A stretch of DNA of 64,000 bases. It comes from a virus. Lineage: Duplodnaviria > Caudoviricetes. Positions within the stretch are counted from its first letter, which is position 1. The number at the start of each line of letters is the position of its first letter. Where the stretch lies: positions 1,440 to 65,439 of IMG/VR virus record IMGVR_UViG_3300015263_000969. One strand, given 5' to 3'. The position numbers were made by a program, and so were the translations under genes. Shown here piece after piece: positions 1 through 9,933 of this stretch. Below the pieces are notes generated by a model. The model saw only the letters and a list, made by a program, of their open reading frames with translations. It searched no databases and had not been told where the DNA came from.

Positions 1-432
1 GGCCTCGGCCACAACGGCCAGCCCGCGCCGCTCGGCTGCACCGGCTCGGTCGCGTGCCGCGAGGCGTGCGGCAAGCTGTGCGTGCACGCCGAGGTGCGGG
101 CGATCCGCGACGCGCTGCTGACGTGCGATGTTGATGACCCGGATGTCACCGCGTCGCTTCCCGGCCTCGAGCTGGTGCATGCCAAGGTTGTCAACGGGCT
201 CCTCGTGCCCGGCGGCGGTCCGTCGTGCTGGCAGTGCTCACGAGAGGTACTGGACGTGCGGCTCGCGGCGGTATGGCTGTACGAGCAGCCGGTTGTCCGC
301 TTCCGGCCGACTCAGGGATTCTTCCCGCAGGAAGAGGTGTTCCCGGACGGCGAACCACGATGGGTCCGCTACACCGCCGAGGAGTTCCACCGCGTGACGC
401 TCGCAGCGTGCGGGCTCGAGGTGCCGCGATGA
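1..432 (+). CDS. Cytidine/dCMP deaminase-like zinc protein (5' truncated)
   Basis: Frame open from base 1: GHNG...CVHAEVRAI...PSCWQC matches the HxE/PCxxC deaminase motifs. Confidence 0.7.
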   Translation, partial: GLGHNGQPAPLGCTGSVACREACGKLCVHAEVRAIRDALLTCDVDDPDVTASLPGLELVHAKVVNGLLVPGGGPSCWQCSREVLDVRLAAVWLYEQPVVRFRPTQGFFPQEEVFPDGEPRWVRYTAEEFHRVTLAACGLEVPR

Positions 433-1112
433 CGGCGGCATCGGCAGCGCGCGCCGAGCCTCGCGAGCGTGGCATCATCTTCACGGACACCGTGTCGGCG
501 CTCCTCGACGGCACGAAGACGCAGACCCGCAGGATCGTGAAGCTGCCGGCTGGCCACACCGAGTTCTACGTCGATCCGGGCGGCACGGTGTTCGGGCCGG
601 GTCCGTACCTCAAGTTCCCAGCGACCGATATGCAGATCGGCCACGGCCGGATCCGCTGCCCGTACGGCTACCCCGGCGATCGCTTCTACGTGAAGGAGCG
701 CTGGGACTACTTCGGCGGCGACGAGTACATCTACCAGCGCGAGCCCGGCGCGGTGCTCTACGAGGCCGGCTGCGACCTGACGCAGATCGGCCGGCGATGG
801 CGGAACCCGATGTTCATGCCGCGATGGGCCGCTCGGCTCCGCTTCGAGCTGACCGAGGTGCGCGTGCAGCGCGTACAGGAGATCACCGAGGAGGACGCGC
901 GTGCCGAGATCGGCGACTCGCTCCACGGCGTCCTCGACGACACCGAGATCTGCCGCCTGGCGAAGCTCGCCGGCTGCATGGCCACGGATACCCGCGCGTG
1001 GTTCGCGGCGGCGTGGGACATGATCCACGGGCGCGGCGCGTGGGAGCGCAACGATCACGTCTGGGCGCTGACGTTCAAGCCAGCAGCGCCGGCGGAAGGA
1101 GCGACGAGGTGA
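429..1112 (+). CDS. Conserved phage protein, ASCH/PUA-like
   Basis: KTQTRR...CPYGYPGDRFYVKERW...FMPRWAARL...VRVQRVQEITEEDA signature; ATGA overlap with the upstream stop. Confidence 0.7.
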   Translation: MTAASAARAEPRERGIIFTDTVSALLDGTKTQTRRIVKLPAGHTEFYVDPGGTVFGPGPYLKFPATDMQIGHGRIRCPYGYPGDRFYVKERWDYFGGDEYIYQREPGAVLYEAGCDLTQIGRRWRNPMFMPRWAARLRFELTEVRVQRVQEITEEDARAEIGDSLHGVLDDTEICRLAKLAGCMATDTRAWFAAAWDMIHGRGAWERNDHVWALTFKPAAPAEGATR

Positions 1113-2989
1113 CGGGCATCGAGCACATGGCCGCCAGGAAGGAGACGCGCCGGCTCCGCGCGCTCCACCGGCTGGTCGTGGCGGCGGTCAAGCACGCCGA
1201 CGCGATCGAGGAGCCCAAGGCTGTGACCGGGCCGGACAAGTACGACCGGTCCATGTCGACGGGCGCCGCGGTCTCCGCGGCCGCGATCGACTTCGCCCGC
1301 TCGCTCAGCAAGACCGACAGGGAGCGGTTCGGGCGATGACGGAGTCCGACGTCGACAAGCTCCGCCAGCTTCTCGATGCTGCGCGTTGGGCTGCTCGATC
1401 GTACGATCGGCGTGGCAGGCCCAAGACGCCGTGCACTTGGTCGCATCCGCTCTGCATGGGCAGGGCGATGGACACCGGCTGCACATGCAAGGCACCCGGC
1501 CGCGACGATCGCGATCGTATGCTCGGCGAGTGCGCCGATCTGCTCGAGCGCGTGCTCGCGGATGCCGAGGTCACCCCATGAGCCTCGCCTGCGGAGCGGC
1601 GTCGCGGCCGACGAGTACCAGCGCGGCGCCGCGCACGCGGAAGCGTGACACGAAATAGCAGTTGACAAGTCGTGGGGCGCTGGGCATGATGGGGGCGTGA
1701 CCACCCCAGATCTCATCGCCGCCTACGCCCGTTGCGAGGCTCGCCGTGCCATCTCGGTCCGCCGGGTCGACCCCGATGGCGCCGAGCGCATCGTGCAGGC
1801 GGCCCGCGCCGAGTGCGAGAGGATGAGGGCAGCGGCGGGGCTGGGGACGATGGGAGCGACGTTCGTTGGTTGAGCGCAGGCCGCCTCACGGGCGGCGAGG
1901 AGGTACCATGTCGAACACCGTCACCGTCACCGGCGCGACGATCACGGACGAGCAGATCCGAGAACTGCGGCTCTCGTGCGCTCGCATCCTTGCGAACGAG
2001 GAAATGCTCGGTCACGTTCAGAGCAAGGACTGGGAGCGCGTCCTTGCGGACTTCAACGCGTGTGATGCCGCGCTCGGCCGCGTGCGCAACTCTAGGCGTG
2101 CCCCGGGATACAGGGCCGAGGCACGTGCCCGCTGCGCCGCCGCCTGGAACGCGCGGCATGGCAAGGAGGGGCGGTGAGCAAGCACGTCGGACCGGTCCAT
2201 TGGCGGTGCGACCGCTGCGGCCATCTCGGCCCAGAGGTCGACGCAAACGAGGTGCTTCCGTACCAGTGGCTCTCGCTGGACGTTCTCCCCGGCATCCCGC
2301 AGCTCCGATCCGAGGCGGCGCGCCGGTCGACCGTCCACCTCTGCGAGGGATGCGCGAGGGACTGGCTGTTCTCGGTGCTCACCGTCGCGTCGGATGACGT
2401 GGAGCGACTGCGTTCGCTCTGGCAACGCCTGCCGGAGCCGCGACCATGAGCGCCCGGGCCGGAGTGGCGAGGGCGCCGAGGAAGCAGCAGGCGCCGCCGC
2501 ACGAAGCGCGTGTCTCTCGAGCTCGCGATCGCTGCGCCGCCGTCTTGAACGCGCGGCATGGCAAGGAGAGGCGGTGACCCGCGCGCGCAGAGCCGCCATC
2601 GTGCGGCGAACACGGCTCTACCTGGCGACCCTGATCGAGGTTGTCCACACGCACGCGGACGGCCTCTACGAGGGCTGCGAGTCGGACGAGGAGTGCGCTC
2701 TCGCGAAGTCAACGGCGCTGCGTCTCGCCGAGGAGATTCGAGCTCGGACCGGCAGGCCATCAAGCCCCACCCCGGAGCCTCGCTGATGCCACCCACACCG
2801 TTCGAGATCCGTGCCGCCGAGATCGCCGAGTGCGGCAGCGGCTCGCCGATGACGCCAGATGAGCGCGAGGGCTGGCGCGGGTTCCCGGCCGTCGACCAGG
2901 AGCGAGCGACGATGACGAGACGCCCCGTGGACGCCGATGACACCGGCGCCGACGGGACAGCTTGTCTGTCCAGAAAGGTACTGACATGA
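1109..2989 (+). CDS. Run of small hypothetical genes (1109-1339, 1336-1581, 1697-1873, 1908-2177, 2174-2449, 2446-2577, 2574-2786, 2786-2989)
   Basis: Most have overlapping stop/start codons and GGAG-type RBS; 2174-2449 has two CxxC pairs. Confidence 0.6.
1662..1690 (+). promoter_or_regulatory. sigma70-type promoter, leaderless
   Basis: TTGACA-N17-CATGAT, 6 nt before GTG 1697. Confidence 0.7.
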
Positions 2990-3729
2990 GACGACTAATG
3001 ATCCTGGTCTTGATTCTGATGGGCGGATGCGTGGAGGACCCCGGCATTGGGGTCTTGGCGCAGGCCGAGCGGAACGACAACCCGAACCCCCAGGACCGGG
3101 CGGGCTGCGACGAAAAGCCCGGCGGCGGGTGCCCGCTGCCGGATCCGCAGCAGACGTTCGACGCCAACCAGTGCCACAACGTCGAGTACTACTGGGATCA
3201 CATGCTCGAGTGCTGGGCGGCCGGCATGGAGGTGTGGGACGGGCTGTGCGATACCACGACGCCTCCATCCCGACCGTGGGATGTCCCCGGAGAGGAGGTG
3301 ATCGATTGGTCGACGTGCAGCGGCGATCGACTGCCGCCGTACACCTGCAAGTCGTGCGGGCTGTTCGACGGCAGGTCGCCGGACGATCCGGGGAGACCCA
3401 ACCCCTCCTGTACGGAGGTGGAGGGCGCAGGGCACCCGAACCCGGGGTTCTGGCCCCCGCAGGGGATCGACTTCAACCGCTGCTGGTGGGGCGACACGCG
3501 GTATCGCGATGGGTCGGTGATCTTCCCAGGCGGAGGACCGCGCCCTGGTCCACTTGACGAGCATCCGCAGGTGCCGTGGTTTGCGCCCTGGACCGAGCGC
3601 CAGATCGAGGCGGCAGATGCGCCGGCGCCGGTGCTCTGTGTCGAATGGTCTGGAGTCAACCTCTGCGTCTCACGACAGCGAGTAGGTGACATCGAGTCGT
3701 TGCGGATGTACTCGTTCCCGCGAGAGTAG
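2986..3729 (+). CDS. Cys-rich lipoprotein
   Basis: MRRLMILVLILMGGC signal peptide/lipobox; many Cys, Pro, Trp. Confidence 0.7.
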   Translation: MRRLMILVLILMGGCVEDPGIGVLAQAERNDNPNPQDRAGCDEKPGGGCPLPDPQQTFDANQCHNVEYYWDHMLECWAAGMEVWDGLCDTTTPPSRPWDVPGEEVIDWSTCSGDRLPPYTCKSCGLFDGRSPDDPGRPNPSCTEVEGAGHPNPGFWPPQGIDFNRCWWGDTRYRDGSVIFPGGGPRPGPLDEHPQVPWFAPWTERQIEAADAPAPVLCVEWSGVNLCVSRQRVGDIESLRMYSFPRE

Positions 3730-3823
3730 CCGTTCCAGCTGCCGCGGTCCCCGTCTGACGCTACACCCGCGACTACGAGCGCATGCCTCGCTCGGCTGAC
3801 ACCGACACCCCGGAGCCTCGCTG

Positions 3824-4323
3824 ATGCGCCAGCCCAGCGCCCCATTCCTCCCCATCACCGCGATCCGCGCGCACCTCCCCGAGATGGAGGGCCGCGACGT
3901 CTCGCGCATCTGCCGCGGCCCTGGTGGGTTCCTCGAAGCGTACGAGGACGCCGACGGCAACCCGGCCCGACTTCCGCCGTGGTGGCACGCGAGGCGCGCG
4001 GCCTTCATCGCGCGGATGCACGGGCAGGCGGTGCGCAGGGGCGAGCCTCCGCGCGACGCCCAGGGTCGGCTCACGCGGAGATCGTTCGCGCTGTTTGCGT
4101 GGGCGTTCGACTGTGAGGCCCAGGAGACCAGCCGATGACCCTCGACGAGCTCTACGCGTCCATCATGCCGCCACTCGTGGTGCACCGCGCAGTGCTCTCG
4201 CAGCGCACGGCTCCGTGCGGCGCACTGCTCGTGACGCGGGATGCGCCGCCCCTCGGTACGCTGCACCCCGAGCGGGTGACGTGCCCGGACTGCTCCGAGC
4301 GGATGACCGAGGAAGAGCGCTGA
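3824..4323 (+). CDS. Two small hypothetical genes (3824-4138, 4135-4323)
   Basis: Coupled ORFs with RBS. Confidence 0.55.
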
Positions 4324-4811
4324 TGCCATCCGCCGCCACTCTTACGCTCGTCCCGCTGACGCTCCGCGAGGCCAACGCCTTCGTGTCGCGACACCACCGC
4401 CACCACCGAGCGGCTCGCGGGTGTCGGTTCTGCGTCGGCGCGAGGCGCGGAACCGAGTTGGTCGCCGTTGCGATCGTCGGACGGCCGGTCGCTCGCCGTC
4501 TGGACGACGGCACGACAGCCGAGGTGATCCGGCTGGCGTCGATCGACGGGCCACAGGAGAACGGGCACGCGAGCGGTGCGTGCTCGAAATTGTACGCCGC
4601 TTGCTGGCGCGCCTGTCAGGCAATCGGCTACCGCCGGATCGTCACCTACACGCTGACAGGAGAGAACGGGGCGAGCCTGCGTGCAGTGGGGTGGCTTCGC
4701 ATCGGAGAGGCGGGCGGTGGTTCATGGTCACGCGACGAACGGTTGCGCGAGGACAGCCACCCGCTCGAGCGCAAGGTTCGATGGGAGATGTCCACGAAGG
4801 GGCAACGCTGA
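4323..4811 (+). CDS. XF1762-family protein (Mom-related GNAT-like fold, possible DNA modification)
   Basis: LREANAFVSRHHRHH...GRPVARRLDDGTTAEVIRL...ACSKLY...GYRRIVTYTL..ENGASLRAVGW. Confidence 0.7.
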   Translation: MPSAATLTLVPLTLREANAFVSRHHRHHRAARGCRFCVGARRGTELVAVAIVGRPVARRLDDGTTAEVIRLASIDGPQENGHASGACSKLYAACWRACQAIGYRRIVTYTLTGENGASLRAVGWLRIGEAGGGSWSRDERLREDSHPLERKVRWEMSTKGQR

Positions 4812-5496
4812 TGCCGTCAACCACCGCACCACCGGAACTGACCTGGCGCGACGTCTCCTCCTACGAGCGCGGCGAGCGCGGAACCGTCGAGTCGTGGGCC
4901 TGGTCGCTCGACCTCGCCGACGGTGTGCAGGTCACCGTCCATCGCTGGCGCGGCCTCGGCGGCTGGTATGTCACCTGCCATGTTCTCAAGGTCGACACCG
5001 AGGCGTTGTCCGCCACGACGCCGGCCGCGGCGCGCAAGCAAGCGATGATGGTCCTGCGCAAGCGAGCCCGGCGGATCCTGGCCGCGCTGTCCGTGTCGCC
5101 AGAGGAGCCACGCTGATGCGCGACCCCATCGACATCTCAGCACGCCGTTACCGCCTGCTCCGCGACGCGCGGATCCGCCAGATCGCAGACGCCTTCGCCA
5201 GCTCGCCGGCGATCATCACGACGGACACCGCCAGTCGCCGCGAGCTCGTCCTCATGACCGACGACCCGCTCGAGCGCGGCAGCCGCCGCGTGACGTACCT
5301 GGCCAAGGACGGTCCGCGCGGGCACTTCACGAGCGCAAGCCACCGAGCCCTCATCGAGCACGTCGCCGACGGGTATCCGGTTCACGCGAGGCCGGCCACC
5401 GATGCCGACGTGATCGTGTGGACCTCCACGCCGGAGTACGCGGACGGCGCCCGCCGCGTGCTCGAGGTTCAGCGGGCGAACGAGGCAAGACGATGA
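4811..5496 (+). CDS. Two small hypothetical genes (4811-5116, 5116-5496)
   Basis: TGATG-coupled ORFs. Confidence 0.55.
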
Positions 5497-6083
5497 CCTC
5501 GCTCATTCCATGCGAGCGAGTGGTCGACGATCTCATCTTCGCGGAGTCGCCGCGTGGCCAGGCCGTGTTCTCCATGGACCGCGCCTACCGCTACCTCCTG
5601 CGCCGCTGGCTCTCATCGCGCGTCGACCGTCCAGCGGACGACCTCGGGCGTGTCCTGGCAGTCTGCATGGTCAACCCGAGCGACGCCGACGCATTCGAGG
5701 ACGATCCGACGATCAACGAGCTGATCCGACGCTCCTCGCCGATCGGCGCCGACACGCTCGAGGTGGTCAACCTGTTCGCGCTCCGATCGTCGAACCCGAG
5801 CGCGCTGCGCGCTGCCGGGCCGGCGCAGTACGCCGGCCATAACGCGATCAACGATCGCTTCATCCGCGCCGCTGCGGCGCGCGGGTTCATGACGATCGCC
5901 GCCTGGGGTAACAACGGAGTCCACTACGACCGTGCCGCGCTCGTGCGGAGAGCGGGAGGCGCGCTGCACGGCGTCGAGCTGCACTGCCTCGGCCTCACCT
6001 CCGATGGCTACCCGAAGCACCCGCTTGCGCGCGGCAAGCACCGCATCCCGCGGAACCTCGAGCCTGCGAGGCGGTCGCCGTGA
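5493..6083 (+). CDS. DUF1643-family protein
   Basis: YRYLLRRW...MVNPSDAD...DDPTI...VVNLFALRS...AAWG...LGLTSDGYPKHPL. Confidence 0.8.
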   Translation: MTSLIPCERVVDDLIFAESPRGQAVFSMDRAYRYLLRRWLSSRVDRPADDLGRVLAVCMVNPSDADAFEDDPTINELIRRSSPIGADTLEVVNLFALRSSNPSALRAAGPAQYAGHNAINDRFIRAAAARGFMTIAAWGNNGVHYDRAALVRRAGGALHGVELHCLGLTSDGYPKHPLARGKHRIPRNLEPARRSP

Positions 6084-6273
6084 GCGATGACTACGTCCGC
6101 CAGCTCCTCGAGGTGCAGGACGCCTACCAGAACGCCGCCGAGATGCTCGCCCGCGTGGCCGCGGAGCGCGACCGGCTCGAGGCCGAGCGTGATGAGGCGC
6201 GTGCCGAGGCGGCCCGGCTGCGGCGGCTGGCTCGCGACGTTGCCGGCCTGAAGGACCCATACCAGGAGATACC

Positions 6274-6705
6274 ATGACCACCTTCCACCCCACCCACCGT
6301 GCTACCATATGGGCCTCGCCGTCCTCGGAGCCGCGAGTGATCGACCTGGCACTCGCCGACGGCAAGTACCGCGACCGCCGGGGCCGCGTCATGGCCACCG
6401 AGGACGACGACGGACGCCGGTTCTGGCGCGGCCCCTACGCTTCGAGCTGGCAGCTCCGCGGCATCCCCGGCCGCCGAGTTCGAGCACCAGGCTCGCGGCA
6501 TTGGGTCACGGTCCGGCTCGGCGCGCAGCGGATCTCTGTCCCGGTAACCGCCGACGAGCGGAAGGCGTTCCGAGCCGCGGCCAGGCGCGCCGGTGCTCGC
6601 GGTGTCAGCGGCTGGCTCGCCTCGCTGGTCGGAGGATCGGCCGATGGCGGCGCGGCAAGGATCCGGGAGGCCGGGATCGCGGCGGCTGGATTCCGCCGGA
6701 GGTGA
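6274..6705 (+). CDS. Protein with C-terminal ribbon-helix-helix-like DNA-binding domain
   Basis: RISVPVTADERKAFRAAARRAGARGVSGWLASL. Confidence 0.55.
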   Translation: MTTFHPTHRATIWASPSSEPRVIDLALADGKYRDRRGRVMATEDDDGRRFWRGPYASSWQLRGIPGRRVRAPGSRHWVTVRLGAQRISVPVTADERKAFRAAARRAGARGVSGWLASLVGGSADGGAARIREAGIAAAGFRRR

Positions 6706-6754
6706 CGCGAGGTTACGAGAATACAAGAATCGACACGAGTCACACGATTTCCTC

Positions 6755-6782
6755 TTGCGGTTTTCGTGGGACTGAGTAGAGT
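6755..6782 (+). promoter_or_regulatory. sigma70-type promoter, leaderless, for ORF 6789-6983
   Basis: TTGCGG-N16-TAGAGT, 6 nt before ATG 6789. Confidence 0.55.
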
Positions 6783-8136
6783 AGGGGCATGGAGAACACG
6801 ACGAACGACAAGCTGGCGGCCGGCACCCGGATCATGCTCCCCGACGGCCAGCTCGGCGAAGCGTACCCCACCGGCGGCGACACCTACCGGACGGTCTGCT
6901 GGACCGGAACCGGCTGGCGCGAGGATCTCGGCTGGCGCCGCTGGCAGCTCAGGCCGGTCGAGGTGGTTCGGGTGGTCGGGTAGGGGGGCGCCCTGGCGGG
7001 GGCATAAAACCGGGTTAGGCCGCCAGCGTCGCGCGAGAGCGCGGGTCCCATGAGCACGAACATCCGACCCATGACCAAAGACGAGTCGAATCAAATCGCT
7101 GGTCGCATCGCCGCCGAGCACGGCTGCGAGATCCAGCCGGGGGCATTTCGCCGCACGGCGCTGGTCGTGCAGCGCAGGTACCAGCGGGGCGACATCCAGG
7201 ACCGCCGCCGGTGGGTGTCGTGATCGCCGTCCTAGACACCCGCGAGGGCAGCGCGACCTGGGCACGCATCGTCTCGCTGCACGATACCGGCAGCGAGGCC
7301 GGGCAGCGAGGCCGGTGGTCGCGGGTGGCGCAGGAGGGGCGGTCGTGAGTCCCGCGGCCCTGCACGATCGGCTCGTCATCGCCGAGCTGGATAGCGCTCT
7401 CGACCCCGACTGCCGCCGAGTCATCGGCGCCGAGCGGATGACGCTTGGGCTCGCCATCGAGTCCGGTGACGAGGAGCGCATCGAGGCCGCCGCCAGCGAG
7501 GCGGTCCGAGTCGCCGAGATGTGGGGCGTCGACCTCGGCGCTGAGTAGCTGTTATCCACTCCGGGCCGCGGCCCGGCCCCATTGAAACGCGCCGGCCGGT
7601 GTTCGGTCGCCGCAGCAAGAAACGTCTACGAGGCGTGGCTTCGATCCACGCGAGGAGAGCAGATCCGATGACCAGCATCCTGAGCACCGCGACCACCACC
7701 GCGACCACCACCGTCTACACGCTGATCCCGCTCTCGCGGGCGCCGAGCGCGTCCCGCCTCCACGAGGAGGCAATGTCGTCTGTTCGCGTCGAGCGGATAC
7801 CTGCGCCGCTCGGACTCGTGCCGGCGCTTCCGCTCGCGATGTCCGCGGCGCCCCTCGGCGAGCGCCTGCGACCGGCCGCGGTCTACCTCTGCACCGACTC
7901 GGCGCCGATGCCGGCGGGACGGGCCGATGCGGCGGCCCGTGAACGAGCGCGCGAGTACATCGATGCCGCGGTCTGGACCGTCGCCGACGGCGTGGTCACG
8001 CCGTACTCGCTCGCGGATGGCGGCGGCTGGCCGCAGCCGTCGATCTGCACGGAGCTCGTCGACGCCCGGTTCGTCGGCGGCTGCCCGTGACCTTCACGGA
8101 GGCCGTCGCCGAGATCCGTTACGCCAAGGAGACCCC

Positions 8137-9933
8137 ATGACCACCGATAACCCCGACCCGCACGACGGGCCGACGCTCGATCTCAGGCCGGCATCGATGC
8201 TGCCGCCAGAGGACCACAGCGACTGCGCAGAGTGCGACGCGATCGAGGCCGAGCCCGGCCCCCCTGCCGAGATGATCGCTGCCCTGGTGACGGAGGCGCT
8301 CGATCCGTCAACCCCGAGGACGCGGCTCTCGCGCGGCGATGTCGGTGCGTGGATCGCGGGCCTGCCGGCCCACGGCGAGGCCGACACGATGACGGCGCTG
8401 CCTGAGCAGCTAGGCGAGCACGCGCAGCCCCTGCCGACGCCGAGCAGCCCGGCCATCGTCGATCTCGTGCTGGCCCGGATCCTGTCGGCGAAGGCCCGCG
8501 GCGTCATCCAGGCGCGCGACAAGATCGGGGTGTCGCGCTACGGCACGCGTCTCCGTCCCCACAACGGCCGCGACGTCCAGCGCGACTTCACCGACGAGGT
8601 GGCAGATGCGGTGAACTACGCGATGCAGGGTCTCGTGGAGGCTGAGGATGACGCTGCACGAGCAGCGTGGGAGCACCGGTTCGCGATGGCCGTGGCGATG
8701 CTCGAGGAGGCGGTGGGTGAGGCGCCCCGGCGAGCGGGCGGGCTCGTGCTGGCCGGTGACGAGATCGACGCGCTGGCGTCGCTCGACCGCGCCCTGTCTC
8801 GGGAGGCGTACGACGGCAGCATCAGCGATGAGATGAGGCCGCTTCTCGCGCTGATCCCGAGGCTGCTGAATCGGCCCGAGCCCGCCGCCGAACCGGCGCA
8901 GCCGCTCATTCCCGGCTCCACCTGGACCGGTCCCGACGGCACGGTCTACGACGTGGTGCGGCCGGAGGACGTGGGCGACAGGCCGAGGTGGGGGCTTACA
9001 GAGTGTATGGCGAGGATATGTGTCGGCGGTGGTCCCCCCTCCGCCCCCCTCCTCGGCCTGCCAGCGGACGCCGATGACGAGGCGGTGCGGGCGGCGGTGG
9101 AGGGACTGCGCAGCGAGCACGACAGGTGGCGCGGGCTGGCCCTCGCGACGGAGAAGTACGAGCGCGAGCATCACGAGGCACAGGCCAGTTTCATCGCCGA
9201 GGAGTCTGCTCACCTCGAGACACTGGCCACGCTGGCCGAGACCCGCTCCAAGCTCGCCGCCGCTGACCGGGCGTGTGAGGCGAGCGGAACGGCGCTTCGC
9301 AACCTGAGCGCCGCCTACGACTCCCTCCGTGATCGCGTGGTGACCGTTGCCGACGAGGCGTTCGGGCCGTTCCCGGTGCAGACCGCCGAAGAAGCGTTGA
9401 CGGCGATCGAGGGCGGGGTCACCGCGTTGCGCCAGCGCTTCAACGCCGAGGAGGCGGCGCACCTGGAGACGCTGAGCAAGATGAGCGATCTGGCCTCTGC
9501 CAACGCGGCTGTCGCCCGAGACCTCGCCGACATCATCGATGACCACGACGAATCTGACGCTTCCGCCATGCCGATGGCGCGTAAGCTCCTGCGCATCCAG
9601 AGGCTCGTTATGGAGGGCGCGCGCGCAAAGGAGACTGCGGATCGGCAGCGCAAGGCGCAGGCGAGGCGCGTCGTCAAGACGACCAAGGGCGCCAAAACGA
9701 TCGATGCCGACGCGGTGGCCGGAGCCCTGCGCGCGCTCGCCAAGGCGGGCACCAAGAGCGCGACTGCCGCCGAGATCTGCGAGCAGATCGGCTGCTACCG
9801 AAGCGCGCGCGGCTGGAGCAGGCGTGCCATGCGAGGATACAGCCTGGTTGGCCAGATGCTCCAGAAGCTCAAGCGCGACGGCAAGGTCACGCTGCGCGGC
9901 AAGCGATGGGCGCTCACGAGGAGCGGACGATGA
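8137..9933 (+). CDS. Multidomain protein: all-alpha NTP-pyrophosphatase (MazG-like) segment, long coiled coil, C-terminal winged helix
   Basis: IGVSRYGTRLRPHNGRDVQRDFTDEVADAVNY; Ala/Glu helical middle; LQKLKRDGKVTLRGKRW end; AAGGAG RBS. Confidence 0.5.
   Translation: MTTDNPDPHDGPTLDLRPASMLPPEDHSDCAECDAIEAEPGPPAEMIAALVTEALDPSTPRTRLSRGDVGAWIAGLPAHGEADTMTALPEQLGEHAQPLPTPSSPAIVDLVLARILSAKARGVIQARDKIGVSRYGTRLRPHNGRDVQRDFTDEVADAVNYAMQGLVEAEDDAARAAWEHRFAMAVAMLEEAVGEAPRRAGGLVLAGDEIDALASLDRALSREAYDGSISDEMRPLLALIPRLLNRPEPAAEPAQPLIPGSTWTGPDGTVYDVVRPEDVGDRPRWGLTECMARICVGGGPPSAPLLGLPADADDEAVRAAVEGLRSEHDRWRGLALATEKYEREHHEAQASFIAEESAHLETLATLAETRSKLAAADRACEASGTALRNLSAAYDSLRDRVVTVADEAFGPFPVQTAEEALTAIEGGVTALRQRFNAEEAAHLETLSKMSDLASANAAVARDLADIIDDHDESDASAMPMARKLLRIQRLVMEGARAKETADRQRKAQARRVVKTTKGAKTIDADAVAGALRALAKAGTKSATAAEICEQIGCYRSARGWSRRAMRGYSLVGQMLQKLKRDGKVTLRGKRWALTRSGR

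Noticed and set aside
7553-7561. DnaA-box-like TTATCCACT
   Set aside because: Single imperfect copy; compatible with chance
7625-7645. tRNA-like T-arm hairpin GCGTGG-CTTCGAT-CCACGC
   Set aside because: No acceptor, D or anticodon arms could be built around it
7686-7712. Short ACCGCGACCACC tandem repeat
   Set aside because: Low-complexity Thr/Ala coding; no further significance seen
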